64,000 nucleotides of DNA from an uncultured Verrucomicrobiae bacterium (GCA_963836755.1 CAWIKF010000002.1:1312001-1376000); one strand, 5' to 3'. Counted from the stretch's first letter, positions 20,315 to 30,907 are shown. Notes: a model not told the origin generated them from the sequence alone. Numbers and translations are program-made.

Positions 20315-22472
20315 AAGAAGGGCGCGAGGCGAGCAGGTCGCGCACCCGCTGCGCGAGCACGTGCGGCGCAAAAGGTTTTTGCAGAACCTCGATTTCGAAT
20401 TCCTTCGGCGCGTGTAATTCCTCCTCCGAGTAGCCGGAAACGTAGAGCACGCGCGTTTCTGGGCGCACCAGCGTCAAGCGCCGCGCCAGCTCGGGGCCGC
20501 TCATTTCCGGCATCACGACGTCGGTGATCAGGAGGTGAATCGGCCCGGCCGTTTCCGCGGCCATTCGCAAAGCTTCGCTGCCGCGCTCCGCGCACAAAAC
20601 GCGATAGCCATATTTTTCCAACACGTCGCAAACCAGCTTGCGCACGATTTCTTCGTCCTCGACGACGAGCAGCGTCTCGCACTTTTTCGTCGGAGCCACG
20701 GAGTCGACCGCGGCTCGTGGCGGGTCCACAGGCGCATGCTCGCGCGGCAGATAAATGCGAAAACTGGTGCCGTGTCCGACGGCGCTCTCGACGGAAATGC
20801 CGCCGCCGCTTTGTTTAACGATACCATACACAGTGGCAAGTCCGAGCCCCGTCCCCTTGCCGGGATTTTTCGTCGTGAAAAACGGCTCGAAGATGTGCTG
20901 CTGTGTCTCCTTGCTCATTCCTTCACCGGTGTCCGACACGGCGATCAGGACGTATTCGCCTTTCGACAATCCGGCCTGCACGCGACTGGAATCGTCGCCG
21001 AGATCCGCGAGCGCCGTGCGGATCGTCAGCACGCCGCCTTGGGGCATGGCGTCGCGCGCGTTGACGCCGAGATTGAGCAGCACCTGCTCCAGCTGACCCG
21101 GATCGGCTTTGATGCGCGCATCTTTGGCATCAATAATGGTCCGCAATTCAATGTGCTCGCCGATGAGCCGGCGCAGCAATTTCTCCATGTTCGTGACAAG
21201 TGCGCTGACCTCGAGCACACGCGGCTGCAGGATTTGCTTGCGGCTGAAAGCGAGCAATTGGCGCGTGAGCGACGCGGCCTGGTCGCCCGCCATGCGCACC
21301 ATTTCCGCGCACTGCAGGCTTACGCGATCGCCTCGCACGCGATCGAGAAGCAGATCGGAGTAGCCGATAATCGCGGTCAACAAATTGTTAAAATCGTGCG
21401 CGACGCCGCCTGCGAGTTGTCCGACCGCCTCCATTTTTTGCGACTGTCGCAATTGCTCCTCGCTCCGCTCCAGCGCTGCCTCCGCGCCGCGCCGTTCCTC
21501 CATTTCATTAATCAGCGCGGTGCGTTGCTCGAAAAAATGGTGGATCAATTGCGCGATCGTGCCGAACTCGCTCGACTCGTTTTTGAGGTGGCGAAGCGGC
21601 GCAACGTTTCGCTGGTTGAGCGAATCCGCGATCAACTTCAGCGGTAGGCTGACCCAGAAAAACAACGCTCCCGCCAGCAACGCGAGCAGCACGAGAGCGA
21701 ATCCGATGACCCACAGAAAAAGGCTCTCGGTGAAGCTATTCAGCTCCGCCACCGCAGGCGCGTCGTTTTTCACCGCGAGATACGCGAGCGGTCGGCCGTC
21801 CCAGCCATCGAGTTCGCGGGAAAACGAAACGGTGCCGGATGCCGCCGATCCCGCGGGCGGTGGCTCGCCGGTGAGACGCACATCGTTGCCGGTAAAAAGC
21901 GCCATCTCGCGGACGCTTTCATTGCTCCAAAGTTGGCCCGCAAAAAGATAGCCCCGAGCTGGCGTGGTGCGCGAGCTGTCTTGCGACGGATGGACGGTCG
22001 CGCCGCGGATTTCCATCAATCCCTGCGGCGTCCGCACAAAGAAATGGCAGAACTTTTGTGCGGCGAAAAGCGACGGAATCGCACTCCTCGGCATCGGCAC
22101 CTCGGTCAAGTTTGACGCGTAAAGATTGTTGTGCGCGTAGAAAGGCGAAAGGTCGGCGCGCAAGATCCAGAGCGCATTCGCGCCGTAAGTGTTCAGCGGC
22201 GTGTCGCCCAAATTATTCGCGACCCAGTCGCGATCCTGCGATGCGAGCGAGCGGACGAGATCGTCCCAATAGGTGAAATCCTTCGTCATCATTTCCAGCG
22301 GCGCGCCGCGATGCCGCATGAATCCGTCGAAGGAAGCGATTCGCTCCTTTGCGCGCACCGCGAGGATGCGATCAAAGTTTCTTTTTTCGACCTGCTTCGC
22401 GATCGAAAGCGCGGCGACGAAGATAACGACCGTCGCCGCGAGCAGCAGGAAGATGCGAGTTTGGACTTTCAT
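20298..22472 (-). CDS. Hybrid sensor histidine kinase (CHASE4-like sensor, HisKA, HATPase, receiver)
   Basis: DFTYWDD sensor motif, AHDFNNLL H-box, NARDAM, FEPFFTTK, GTGLGL, receiver DVVMP. Confidence 0.92.
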   Translation of the reverse strand: MKVQTRIFLLLAATVVIFVAALSIAKQVEKRNFDRILAVRAKERIASFDGFMRHRGAPLEMMTKDFTYWDDLVRSLASQDRDWVANNLGDTPLNTYGANALWILRADLSPFYAHNNLYASNLTEVPMPRSAIPSLFAAQKFCHFFVRTPQGLMEIRGATVHPSQDSSRTTPARGYLFAGQLWSNESVREMALFTGNDVRLTGEPPPAGSAASGTVSFSRELDGWDGRPLAYLAVKNDAPAVAELNSFTESLFLWVIGFALVLLALLAGALFFWVSLPLKLIADSLNQRNVAPLRHLKNESSEFGTIAQLIHHFFEQRTALINEMEERRGAEAALERSEEQLRQSQKMEAVGQLAGGVAHDFNNLLTAIIGYSDLLLDRVRGDRVSLQCAEMVRMAGDQAASLTRQLLAFSRKQILQPRVLEVSALVTNMEKLLRRLIGEHIELRTIIDAKDARIKADPGQLEQVLLNLGVNARDAMPQGGVLTIRTALADLGDDSSRVQAGLSKGEYVLIAVSDTGEGMSKETQQHIFEPFFTTKNPGKGTGLGLATVYGIVKQSGGGISVESAVGHGTSFRIYLPREHAPVDPPRAAVDSVAPTKKCETLLVVEDEEIVRKLVCDVLEKYGYRVLCAERGSEALRMAAETAGPIHLLITDVVMPEMSGPELARRLTLVRPETRVLYVSGYSEEELHAPKEFEIEVLQKPFAPHVLAQRVRDLLASRPSYAIAD

Positions 22473-22484
22473 GCGAACGCGCTG

Positions 22485-22501
22485 GTTAACAGCCTGTTAA
22501 C
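22485..22501. promoter_or_regulatory. Perfect inverted repeat upstream of the kinase gene
   Basis: GTTAACAG-C-CTGTTAAC, extended by flanking GAACGCG/CGCGTTC. Confidence 0.45.
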
Positions 22502-22529
22502 GTAATCGCGTTCCGGCCGAAAGGCAGTC

Positions 22530-23276
22530 TCATTTTACCGCACGCACGCGCTGCTCGCGCATGGAGACGATCTTAAAATTCGTGCCATCGGGTTTGAGCA
22601 TGAAAACATTGTCGGTCATTCCGCTGACGCTGTGTTCCGCGTTTTTGACCGAAAAGCGAATCCGGAACTTTGTCTCGATTTGCCCCGGATGCTTCTCGCT
22701 GGGCGCCGCGGCGAAGCTGGTTAATTCGTATTTCCGCGTCGGCCAGCGCTTGTAATAATTCTGCACATCGCGCTCGACAAAACGGAGATCGACGATCCCC
22801 TGGTCAAAGTAATCGACTGGCTCCGCGTAGTAGCTCATCTCGGTTTGCAAATGATTCGTCTCGGCATCGCGCAGATAGCTTTCGATGAAATCGCGCACGC
22901 TTTTTTCCGAGAATTGCGCCGGCGGCACGGGCTCTTCGGAGATTGGCGCCGGCGTCGATTCCGTCTTCGCTTCGCGCGCCCTGTCGCTTTTCAAAACCAT
23001 CACATCCGGCCAATCCGGCTCGGCTTTTTGCGGCCCCGGCGGACCGAGATCGAGCGAGTGCAAAGTCTCCGGATTCAGATCCCCATCGGCCTGGAAGCCC
23101 TTTCGTTCCTGATATTTGCGGATCGCCGCAGTCAGCTCCGGAGTTTGACGCCCGTCAATTTCGCCGAAGAAAAGATTCCGCTGCCGCAGTTCCTCCTGCA
23201 CCTGCCGCACTTGCTGGTCGGCCAGCAGCGAAGTCGCGCAAATCAGCCACGCGAGCAGGCACGCCAGTTTTTTCAT
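22530..23276 (-). CDS. Secreted peptidoglycan-binding-domain protein with NTF2-like C-terminus
   Basis: Signal peptide; VQEEL...GEIDG...AIRKYQ...ADG PG_binding_1 pattern. Confidence 0.8.
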   Translation of the reverse strand: MKKLACLLAWLICATSLLADQQVRQVQEELRQRNLFFGEIDGRQTPELTAAIRKYQERKGFQADGDLNPETLHSLDLGPPGPQKAEPDWPDVMVLKSDRAREAKTESTPAPISEEPVPPAQFSEKSVRDFIESYLRDAETNHLQTEMSYYAEPVDYFDQGIVDLRFVERDVQNYYKRWPTRKYELTSFAAAPSEKHPGQIETKFRIRFSVKNAEHSVSGMTDNVFMLKPDGTNFKIVSMREQRVRAVK

Positions 23277-23337
23277 CGGTATCTAATCGCACGGAGTTTT
23301 CCGTTTGGTTTCGTGCGGCGAAAAAAGACCGCCGCGG

Positions 23338-24591
23338 TCAGCCGTTGAATTCTTTCGCGACCAGCGTGGCGTTGTGGCCGCCGAACCCGAACGAGTTATT
23401 CACGGCCACGCGCACTTTTTTCTCGCGCGCGACTTGCGGCACAAAGTCGAGGTCGCACTCCTCATCGGGATTTTCGAGGTTGATCGTCGGCGGCACGATG
23501 CCATCGCGGATCGCCATGATGCACGCCGCCATCTCGACCGCGCCGGCCGCGCCGAGCAAATGCCCGGTCATCGATTTCGTGGAGCTGACGAGCATCCCGT
23601 TTCTCGCGTGATCTCCGAAAACCGCCTTGATCGCGCGGACTTCCGCCACGTCGCCGATCGGCGTGCTCGTGCCGTGCGCGTTGACGTAATCAACATCATC
23701 CAGCGCGACGCCCGCCTCGGCCACGGCGATTCTCATGCTCCGCTGCGCCTCCTCGTGGTTCGGCAGCGGCGCGCTCATGTGATACGCGTCCGCCGTCAAT
23801 CCGTAGCCAGCCAGCTCGCAATAAATCCGCGCGCCGCGCTTTTTCGCGTGCTCGAGTTCTTCCAAAACCAAAACGCCCGCGCCTTCGCCCATCACGAATC
23901 CGTCGCGATCCTTGTCCCACGGGCGCGACGCGCGCTGCGGCTCATCGTTGCGCGTGCTCATCGCTTTCATCGCTGCGAATCCGCCGATGCCGAGCGGCAC
24001 CACGGTCGCCTCCGCGCCACCTGCGAGAAACGCATCCGCTTCGTTGAAACGGATCATCCGCCATGCTTCGCCGATCGCGTGGCAAGCCGTCGCGCACGCG
24101 GAAACGGTGGCAAAGTTTGGCCCGCGCAATCCGAATTCCATCGAGACCAAACCGCTCGCCATGTTGGAAATCATCATTGGGATCATGAACGGCGAAATGC
24201 GTCCCGGCCCTTTGGTCATCAGGATCGTGTGCTGATCTTCGAGCGTCCGCAGTCCGCCGATGCCGCTGCCGATGATCACGCCGAAGCGCGTCGGATCTTC
24301 ATAGCTCGCGAGGTCCGCGCCCGCATCGGCCACCGCCATTTTCGCCGCGGCCATCGCGAATTGCGTGTAGCGATCGCTCCGCCGCACATCCTTCGGGTTT
24401 TTAAAAAAAGGCCCGGGCTGGAAATCCTTCACCTCGCCCGCGATCTGGCAGTCGTAGCCGGTCACGTCGAACGCCGTGATCCGATCCACGCCGCTCACGC
24501 CGTTTTTGCAGTTCTCCCAGAATGTCGGCAGATCCTTGCCGATGGGTGTGATGACTCCGATGCCGGTGATTACGACTCTGCGCTCGTTCAT
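23338..24591 (-). CDS. fabF: 3-oxoacyl-ACP synthase II
   Basis: RRVVITGIG, SACAT (Cys), NAHGTST, GHLLGAAG, NSFGFGG. Confidence 0.97.
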   Translation of the reverse strand: MNERRVVITGIGVITPIGKDLPTFWENCKNGVSGVDRITAFDVTGYDCQIAGEVKDFQPGPFFKNPKDVRRSDRYTQFAMAAAKMAVADAGADLASYEDPTRFGVIIGSGIGGLRTLEDQHTILMTKGPGRISPFMIPMMISNMASGLVSMEFGLRGPNFATVSACATACHAIGEAWRMIRFNEADAFLAGGAEATVVPLGIGGFAAMKAMSTRNDEPQRASRPWDKDRDGFVMGEGAGVLVLEELEHAKKRGARIYCELAGYGLTADAYHMSAPLPNHEEAQRSMRIAVAEAGVALDDVDYVNAHGTSTPIGDVAEVRAIKAVFGDHARNGMLVSSTKSMTGHLLGAAGAVEMAACIMAIRDGIVPPTINLENPDEECDLDFVPQVAREKKVRVAVNNSFGFGGHNATLVAKEFNG

Positions 24592-24730
24592 AAAGAGCCC
24601 TCCAAAACAGCGGGAAACGCGCGGAGGAGCAATGGGAAACTTCCGCATCCTCGCCGCCGCGCAAAGGAAAAAAATTGCCGCGGCGATTTTTCATCGCGGT
24701 CGCGCACGGCCCGGCGTATTTGCATGGGCC

Positions 24731-27700
24731 ATGCTTCAGCCCCTGCAGGACCAGCCGGCGCGCGACCGCTTTATTATAGAGCTCGGGCAAAACTTTTGCG
24801 TCTCGGCTGGTGCGGGCGTCGGCAAGACCACCGCAATCGTCCAGCGCATCGGGCAGATCGCGCTGGAGAAACCGGAGTGGCTCTCGCGGCTCGTCGTCGT
24901 CACTTATACAAAGGCCGCCGCCGAGGAATTGCGCGTCCGCGCGCGCTCGCTCGTGCTCGATGGACTCGGCGCCTCCGCGCATCGGCGTCAAAGTTTGATC
25001 TCGGAATTGCGCCGCGCATTCTTCGGGACGATCCACAGCTTTTGTTTAAAACTTGTGCGCGAGCAGGGGCGCCATCTCGGTCTGCCGCAAAGCTTCGATC
25101 TCCTCGAGGACGACGATCAGGCGGAACTTTGGGCGCGCTTTTGCGAAAGCACCGCACTCGATGCGATCCCGCTGCCGGCGCATGTGCTGCGCGCCGTCCT
25201 CCGCTTTTTGACTTTTGAAGATCTCCTCGGCCTCGCGCAGCAGATCAATCCGGGCGATGCGGAAAAAGTTCTCGCCGAAGAATTCTCGGCCGATCCGCCG
25301 CGCCTCACCTTTGCCGATGCGCTCGCAGCTTCGGGCAAGAACGCACCGCAGAGGACGTTGGAAAATCAAAAGAAGCTCCGCGAATGGCTCGCCGAGTTTG
25401 ATTCCGAATCGGACTTTCTCGAGCTGCCCGCATTCACGACCGGCAGCGGCGCATTCAAGGAAGCGTTCGCGCGCGAGCTCAATGAATTCACGGCCTGGCT
25501 CAGCGATGCAGCCGTGCGGATCGCCGCGCAGATCGCGCTCGGGTTCCGCGATTATCGTCGCGACGAATGCCTCATGACTTACGCGGATCAAATCGCGTGG
25601 GCGCGGCAATTGGTCGCCGATCCACACATCCTCGACCGGCTCCGCGCGCGCGATTTCATCATCATTCTCGACGAGGCGCAGGACACCGATGCCGACATGT
25701 TTTCCGTGCTCGCCGAGATCGTGCGCCCGCGCGGCGCGCTGGGTCGGCGAATGGCCGCGAAACAAGGCCGCAAGCGGGCCGGAGCCCGGTCGCTTCTGTT
25801 TCGTGGGCGATGAACAGCAGGCGATTTACGCGTCGCGCGCGAGCCTCGGCACGTATCGCGAATACGTCGATGCCTTCGCCGCGCACAGCGGCGGCGAGCC
25901 GCTGGAATTTTCTGTGACGATGCGCTGCCCGCGTCGCGTGATCGATGCCGTCAACGCCGTTTTCGCCAGCCCGCGCCTGCGCCAGACGCATCTCGATTTT
26001 CGCGAACTTTTACCCAAACCCGACGCGGCGGATGGCGGCGCGTGGCTGCAACCCATCGAGCCCCTCGCGGATGAGCAGCCGCTCGACGCGCTCTTCCGCG
26101 CCGAGTGCGCGCAGGTCGCGCGCGTGCTCAGCGACTTTGGTCCGCACGGGTTCGGCGTGCAGCGCTGGAGCGAAATCGCAATCCTTTGTCCGCGCCACAA
26201 CTGGCTCCGGCTTGCCGCGAGCACATTCATGCATGCGGGGCTCTCATGCCGGCTCGTCGTCGAGAAAAAGATTCAGCTCGAGCTGGCCGCATGCAGCTGG
26301 CCCTCGGCGCTGTTTTACCTGCTCGCGAATCCGTGGGATCGCTTCGAGATGATCGGCGTTTTGCGCGAGATTTTCGCCGTCTCGGATGTCGAGCTCGCGG
26401 ATGCGCAAGCCGTTAACAAACCGCTGGCACTTTGGTCGCGCGAGGGACTTTCACCGCGGCTCGACGCTGCGTTGACATTGTTGCGCAGGTTGCATGATGC
26501 GCGGCCGCGCGACGGCTCGGGAACTTTGAGCCGCTTCGTCGATCTGGTCTTCGAGGAAACGCGGCTCGGCGCGCGGCTGGAGGCCGTGGGCGAATCGGCC
26601 GCCGGGCTGCAATCCTTTCGCCATAAGGCTTTGCAGGCGGAGTGCGATGGCGCGGACTTCCGCGCGTGGGCGACCGATTGCTGCCGCTGCCTCGCGAAAA
26701 GCGCTGAGGGTTTCGCCGATTCCGCCGATGAATTGCAGGTGCTCACCTGCCATAAAGCGAAGGGGCTCGAATGGCCGGTCGTCATTCCGCTCGGGCTCGG
26801 CCGCGACATCCGCAAGTTCTCGCAGGCATTCCCGCGGCTCGTTCATGAGCAGGGAAAAATCCGCATTCATTTCTCCGCATCGGCGGGCGACGAGGCCTTC
26901 AAGGAAGAAGCGGCGCGGCAGACGGCGGAGGAGCATCAACGCTTGTTTTACGTTACTTTGACGCGCGCGAAATCGCTTCTCGTCCTGCCGGATAGCACGC
27001 CGCTTTACGCGAAGAAAGGAAGCTTTCTCGCGCTGTCGCGATGGAGCGAGCTCGACGCCGCGACTTTCCTGCAAAGCCCGTCCCGCCTTGTTCCGCAGGC
27101 GATGGAGGAAAAAGTTCCCGCTCCCGCGTTGCATGCCGCGCTCGACCCGGCGGTCGTGGCGCGCGCGGTGGAAAATTCCCGCAAAATCCCGCGGCGAACT
27201 TTGCCGAGCGAACTCGGCCACGACGTGAGCGGCGAATTGCCGGAGGGCGAACCGGTGACGGAAATCGGCGGCCGCGATTACGGCACCTGGTGGCACGCGA
27301 CGATGCAATATTTCCCGTGGCAGAAGAGTGCGGCGGTGCGCCGCGATTATCTGCGCGACAAAGTTTCTGCCGCCGCCGCGACTTTCCGGAAGCGCGCGGA
27401 AGCGGAGCTGCGCGCCTCCGCAAAGTTCCGCGACGAGCTTTGCGCGGATGGCGAAAAGTTCCTCGCCGAAGTCCCATTCAGCCATCCGCGCTCGGCGGAG
27501 GAATGGATGGACGGCGTCATCGATCTCGTGGTCGCGATGCGCGGCGGCGCGCTCTGGATCATCGATTGGAAGACCGACCGGCGATTCCTCGCGGAGAGCG
27601 CCGATGCTTTTGCGAAGCGGCTTCGCGACGCATACGGCGCGCAGCTCGCCGCTTATGCCGAGGTGCTCCAGCGCGGCATGGGGCGCGACGTGGAGCGGCT

Positions 27701-27740
27701 GATTTTGTATTCCACCGAGCTCGGCTCAGCGGTGGGCTGA
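24731..27740 (+). pseudogene. addA: AddA/RecB-like UvrD helicase with C-terminal PD-(D/E)xK nuclease, split by a +1 frameshift near 25741 (possibly a sequencing error)
   Basis: First ORF: AGAGVGKT, TYTKAAAEEL, GTIHSF, LDEAQDT. Second ORF: VGDEQQAIY, TCHKAKGLEW, YVTLTRAK, GVIDLV..IDWKTD. Confidence 0.8.
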
Positions 27741-28157
27741 CGCCGCGTGGCCGTCCGCGCGGTCGCACAACTTTTTCGTGAGCACCAGCTCCGTGCCGCG
27801 CTCTTTTAAAACATAATCGACCTCGTCAAAAACCGACTTGATCAAGTGCAGCCCGAGCCCGCCCGGCTGCACCTCATCGAGCGCGCGCCTCGGCAGCGGC
27901 GTCTCCGTCTGCTCGCCGTAATCGCGCACGCGGAAGCAGACGCCGCCCGTCACACACTCGCAGCTCAGCGCCATTAAATGCGTTTCCTCATGTTTATACA
28001 CGTGTCGAATGACGTTTGTGCACGCCTCATCCACGCCGAGCACCAGCAGATCGCTCTGCTTCGTCTCGAAGCCGCACTCCGCGGAAAATTTCCGCACGAG
28101 ATCGCGCACCAGCGAGAGATTCGCGGGATGGCTGGCAAACTCGATGTGATGCTTCAT
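27726..28157 (-). CDS. Anti-sigma factor/serine kinase (RsbW-like HATPase_c_2)
   Basis: DEACTNVIRH, VRDYG, GGLGLHLIKSVFDEV, GTEL; start placed at MKHHIEF. Confidence 0.88.
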   Translation of the reverse strand: MKHHIEFASHPANLSLVRDLVRKFSAECGFETKQSDLLVLGVDEACTNVIRHVYKHEETHLMALSCECVTGGVCFRVRDYGEQTETPLPRRALDEVQPGGLGLHLIKSVFDEVDYVLKERGTELVLTKKLCDRADGHAASAHR

Positions 28158-28884
28158 TAGGAAAAATAAAACGTAGCACGTTTGCCGCGGTGCGCGTATC
28201 GGGTTTTTGACGCGTGGTTGCATTCGTGGAAAAGCGACCGCCGAAGCGGGTGGGGGAGAGCCGAGCCGCAACAGCCGCCGCGCCCTTGCGCAAAAAAGAG
28301 CGGCAGCCCCTCCCAAAACGCTGCCGCTCCCACTCAACGCCAAAATTTTTACGCCGTTATTTGCGCGCGGGTTCGAGCTGATGCTCGGGTGGCCATTCGC
28401 ATGACCGTTGCTCGCGATTGCACGCGGCGTCAGCGCCGTTGGGTCAACAGCGGGCGACTCCGCCTTTGGCTCCAGCGCGGCAGCGGGCGGGATCGTCACC
28501 ACGATCGGCTCACTCGCCAGCCCCTGGCGACCCGCACTGCGTTTATTCCGCATGCACACAATGTGCGGCGGAGCTTGGGTGAAGTAGCAGCACCAGTGCC
28601 AGCCCTCGCAAAGTCGCAAAAATATTTGCTCGGCGAGCATCGATTTGAAAAAACGTGACCTCAAAAAAGATTTTCCTGCCCGGTTCTGAAAAAATCCGGC
28701 CTCAAATAAGTTCCGCGAGCCCCGATTTAAAAAAATCCCGCCTCCACGAGCTTCGGCGCCACCTACTTAGGACGCAGAGCTCATGATCGAGAGCGTTTAT
28801 GCTTGCCCCCGCACGCCGCAAGCGATAGCCAATCGGCCATGCCACGAGCACGGGCGGCAGCGTGGCGGAAAGCAAACATTTTCG

Positions 28885-28996
28885 GATTAGGCTCAATCGC
28901 GCAGATTTTACTCCGATGAAAAACAACCTCCGCCCGATTAGACTCAATAAATGCGCATTATATTACGCATTTTTGGGGCCTAATTCTCGTTAGGCC
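28885..28996 (+). other. attI-like site at head of the cassette array
   Basis: GGCCTAA-TTCTC-GTTAGGC simple site (28977-28995); direct repeats GATTAGRCTCAAT at 28885 and 28936; palindrome AAATGCG-N10-CGCATTT at 28949-28972. Confidence 0.55.
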
Positions 28997-29012
28997 TCAA
29001 AGCACGCGCTCT

Positions 29013-29468
29013 ATGAAACTCATCGCGTTTCTTTTCACATTCCTTGCAGCATCACTTTTCTGTCGCGGTGAGACGACCGTTTCAGGGACTCAGGATGGCC
29101 GTCCCTTGAGCGTCATCGGCAGTCAGGCACCGCAGGTTGAGAAGCTCGCTACAGCACTCCTCGTTTCATCTGACTACGAAGCGCCAGGTCGCATTGCCAC
29201 GGAAGCACGGTGGAAACAGGTATTGGGAGCATCTCACATTCACATCGTCTTTTCGGAGCCTCGCAAGTTCTCGTTTCGATTCAGCACGTCAGGGCCAGCG
29301 AGAGTCCAAGAGGTTTCTGCCGAAGAGGTTCTTATTCCCATTTCTCACGAGAATTCGCCGGATTATGTCTTTGTTAGATTCCACGATCATGTTCGTGCGT
29401 TCGCCAAGTTTAGTTGCGACGCTGGCACAGCTTTACAGAAGATGCTTCCACCACGTTCACATCAATGA
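29013..29468 (+). CDS. Cassette 1: secreted hypothetical protein
   Basis: Signal peptide MKLIAFLFTFLAASLFCRG; stop abuts attC1. Confidence 0.8.
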   Translation: MKLIAFLFTFLAASLFCRGETTVSGTQDGRPLSVIGSQAPQVEKLATALLVSSDYEAPGRIATEARWKQVLGASHIHIVFSEPRKFSFRFSTSGPARVQEVSAEEVLIPISHENSPDYVFVRFHDHVRAFAKFSCDAGTALQKMLPPRSHQ

Positions 29469-29469
29469 G

Positions 29470-29587
29470 GCCTAACCATGCGATGCAGCTAACGGCCTCC
29501 GTCTGTCACACTGGCTGCTCCCCGGAGATCCGCCACGGCAGCTACCGCGCCGCGGTCCGCCTGTAGCTGATCTTGTTCTCGTTAGGC
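29470..29587 (+). repeat. attC1 (118 bp)
   Basis: GCCTAAC-CATGCGATGCAGCTAAC...GTAGCTGATCTTGTTCTC-GTTAGGC. Confidence 0.95.
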
Positions 29588-29608
29588 GACTCAGACCACG
29601 TTTTCCCA

Positions 29609-30418
29609 ATGAACACCGAAGACCATACCAAACACACACACACCTCCCGCAGCATCGACCTCCGCCCCATCGGCGCCGTGGCTCTCGCCATCGCCATCGT
29701 CTGGTCCACGGCCATTGCTGCCGGTGCTTGGCGCGAAGTCCGCAAACGCCCGGAAAGGCACAACATCCGCGTCACGGGCTCGGCCAAGAAGCGGATCGTC
29801 TCCGACCTCATCCAATGGGAGGCAATCATTGAGGGTCGCGCACCTGAGCGCACTGCTGCTTACAGGACGCTGCGTGAGGGCCGTGACAAGGCAGTGGCGT
29901 TCCTTCTCGCCCAAGGCATCAAGCCCGACGAGATCCAGCCACAGTCCACCACCTTCCAGGAGGTGTTCGAGACGGTCACTGAAGACAAGGTGCTACCCGG
30001 AACCACCGTTCCCGTCCACACCGTAAAGAAGGTCTCCAACGGATTCTTGACCCGCGAGTCAATCGTAGTGCGCTCGACGGACGTGGCGCGCATCGAGAAG
30101 GCCTCGCGCGAGATCACTTCCCTGCTTGACGAAGGCGTGTCAGTGAACTCCGAGAACCCGAATTACTTCTACACGCGACTCGGAGAGCTAAAGCTCGAGA
30201 TGCTGGCATCGGCAGCCAAAGATGCCCGCGACCGCGCCGACAACATCCTTCGCTCCGCGGGCAATGCCGCCATCGGCAAGTTGGTTGTCGCCGACATGGG
30301 AATCATCAACATCAATCCCGCCAACTCCACCAGAACCTCCGAAGAAGGCAACAACGATACAACCTCTCTCGACAAAGACATCATTACTATTATTCACGCC
30401 GAGTTCGAGGTGAAGTGA
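29609..30418 (+). CDS. Cassette 2: SIMPL (DUF541) domain protein
   Basis: IRVTGSAKKRIVSD, LKLEMLASAAKDARDRA, NNDTTSLDKDI. Confidence 0.85.
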   Translation: MNTEDHTKHTHTSRSIDLRPIGAVALAIAIVWSTAIAAGAWREVRKRPERHNIRVTGSAKKRIVSDLIQWEAIIEGRAPERTAAYRTLREGRDKAVAFLLAQGIKPDEIQPQSTTFQEVFETVTEDKVLPGTTVPVHTVKKVSNGFLTRESIVVRSTDVARIEKASREITSLLDEGVSVNSENPNYFYTRLGELKLEMLASAAKDARDRADNILRSAGNAAIGKLVVADMGIININPANSTRTSEEGNNDTTSLDKDIITIIHAEFEVK

Positions 30419-30447
30419 TCCTATCCCATGCTACAAAACTCCAAGTC

Positions 30448-30629
30448 GCCTAACCATGCGATGCAGCTAACAGGCTCCGTCCGTCACGGTAGCTGCTCCC
30501 CGCAGACCTGGCTCGCAGCCACCGCGCCGCGTTGATGAGCATTGCCATGCTCACCCTTCCGGCTGGCTTTCAGCCAATCTATCTCGCTCCGCTCGGTTCC
30601 GCCTGTAGCTGATCTTGTTTTCGTTCGGT
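30448..30629 (+). repeat. attC2 (182 bp; R' = GTTCGGT)
   Basis: GCCTAACCATGCGATGCAGCTAACAGGC...GCCTGTAGCTGATCTTGTTTTCGTTCGGT. Confidence 0.92.
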
Positions 30630-30648
30630 CTATATGGGGCCTTGCCTT

Positions 30649-30907
30649 AATGTTTTTTCACTCACAACAGACACAAGCGTTTTCAGAAACCGACCAGTAT
30701 GAAGATCTCAAAAGCAACAACGTGCCGACGTTGATTATCCACGGTGACGCCGATCAGATCGTGCCGATCGAAAACTCGGGAAAGCTCCAGGCGAAATTGG
30801 TGAAGAACGCGCAATTGAAAATCTATGAAGGCGCTCCGCATGGCCTTTGCACGACTGACAAGGTCAAAGTAAATGACGACTTGCTTGAGTTTATCCAAAA
30901 GACCTAA
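30649..30907 (+). pseudogene. Cassette 3: C-terminal fragment of an alpha/beta hydrolase (non-heme haloperoxidase-like)
   Basis: [27 protein letters not shown] are present; the N-terminal two-thirds with the nucleophile is missing. Confidence 0.82.

Noticed and set aside
23305..25218. 637-aa plus-strand ORF and similar long antisense ORFs (e.g. 1194-2462, 41167-42306, 61583-62860)
   Set aside because: Shadow frames of high-GC genes with clear identity on the other strand or frame.
28702..28947. 81-aa minus-strand ORF as an integrase remnant
   Set aside because: No tyrosine recombinase motifs (R, HxxR, Y) are recognisable.
28949..28976. dif (XerCD) site
   Set aside because: The left part resembles a XerC arm (ATGCGCATTA), but no TTATGTTAAA-like XerD arm follows.
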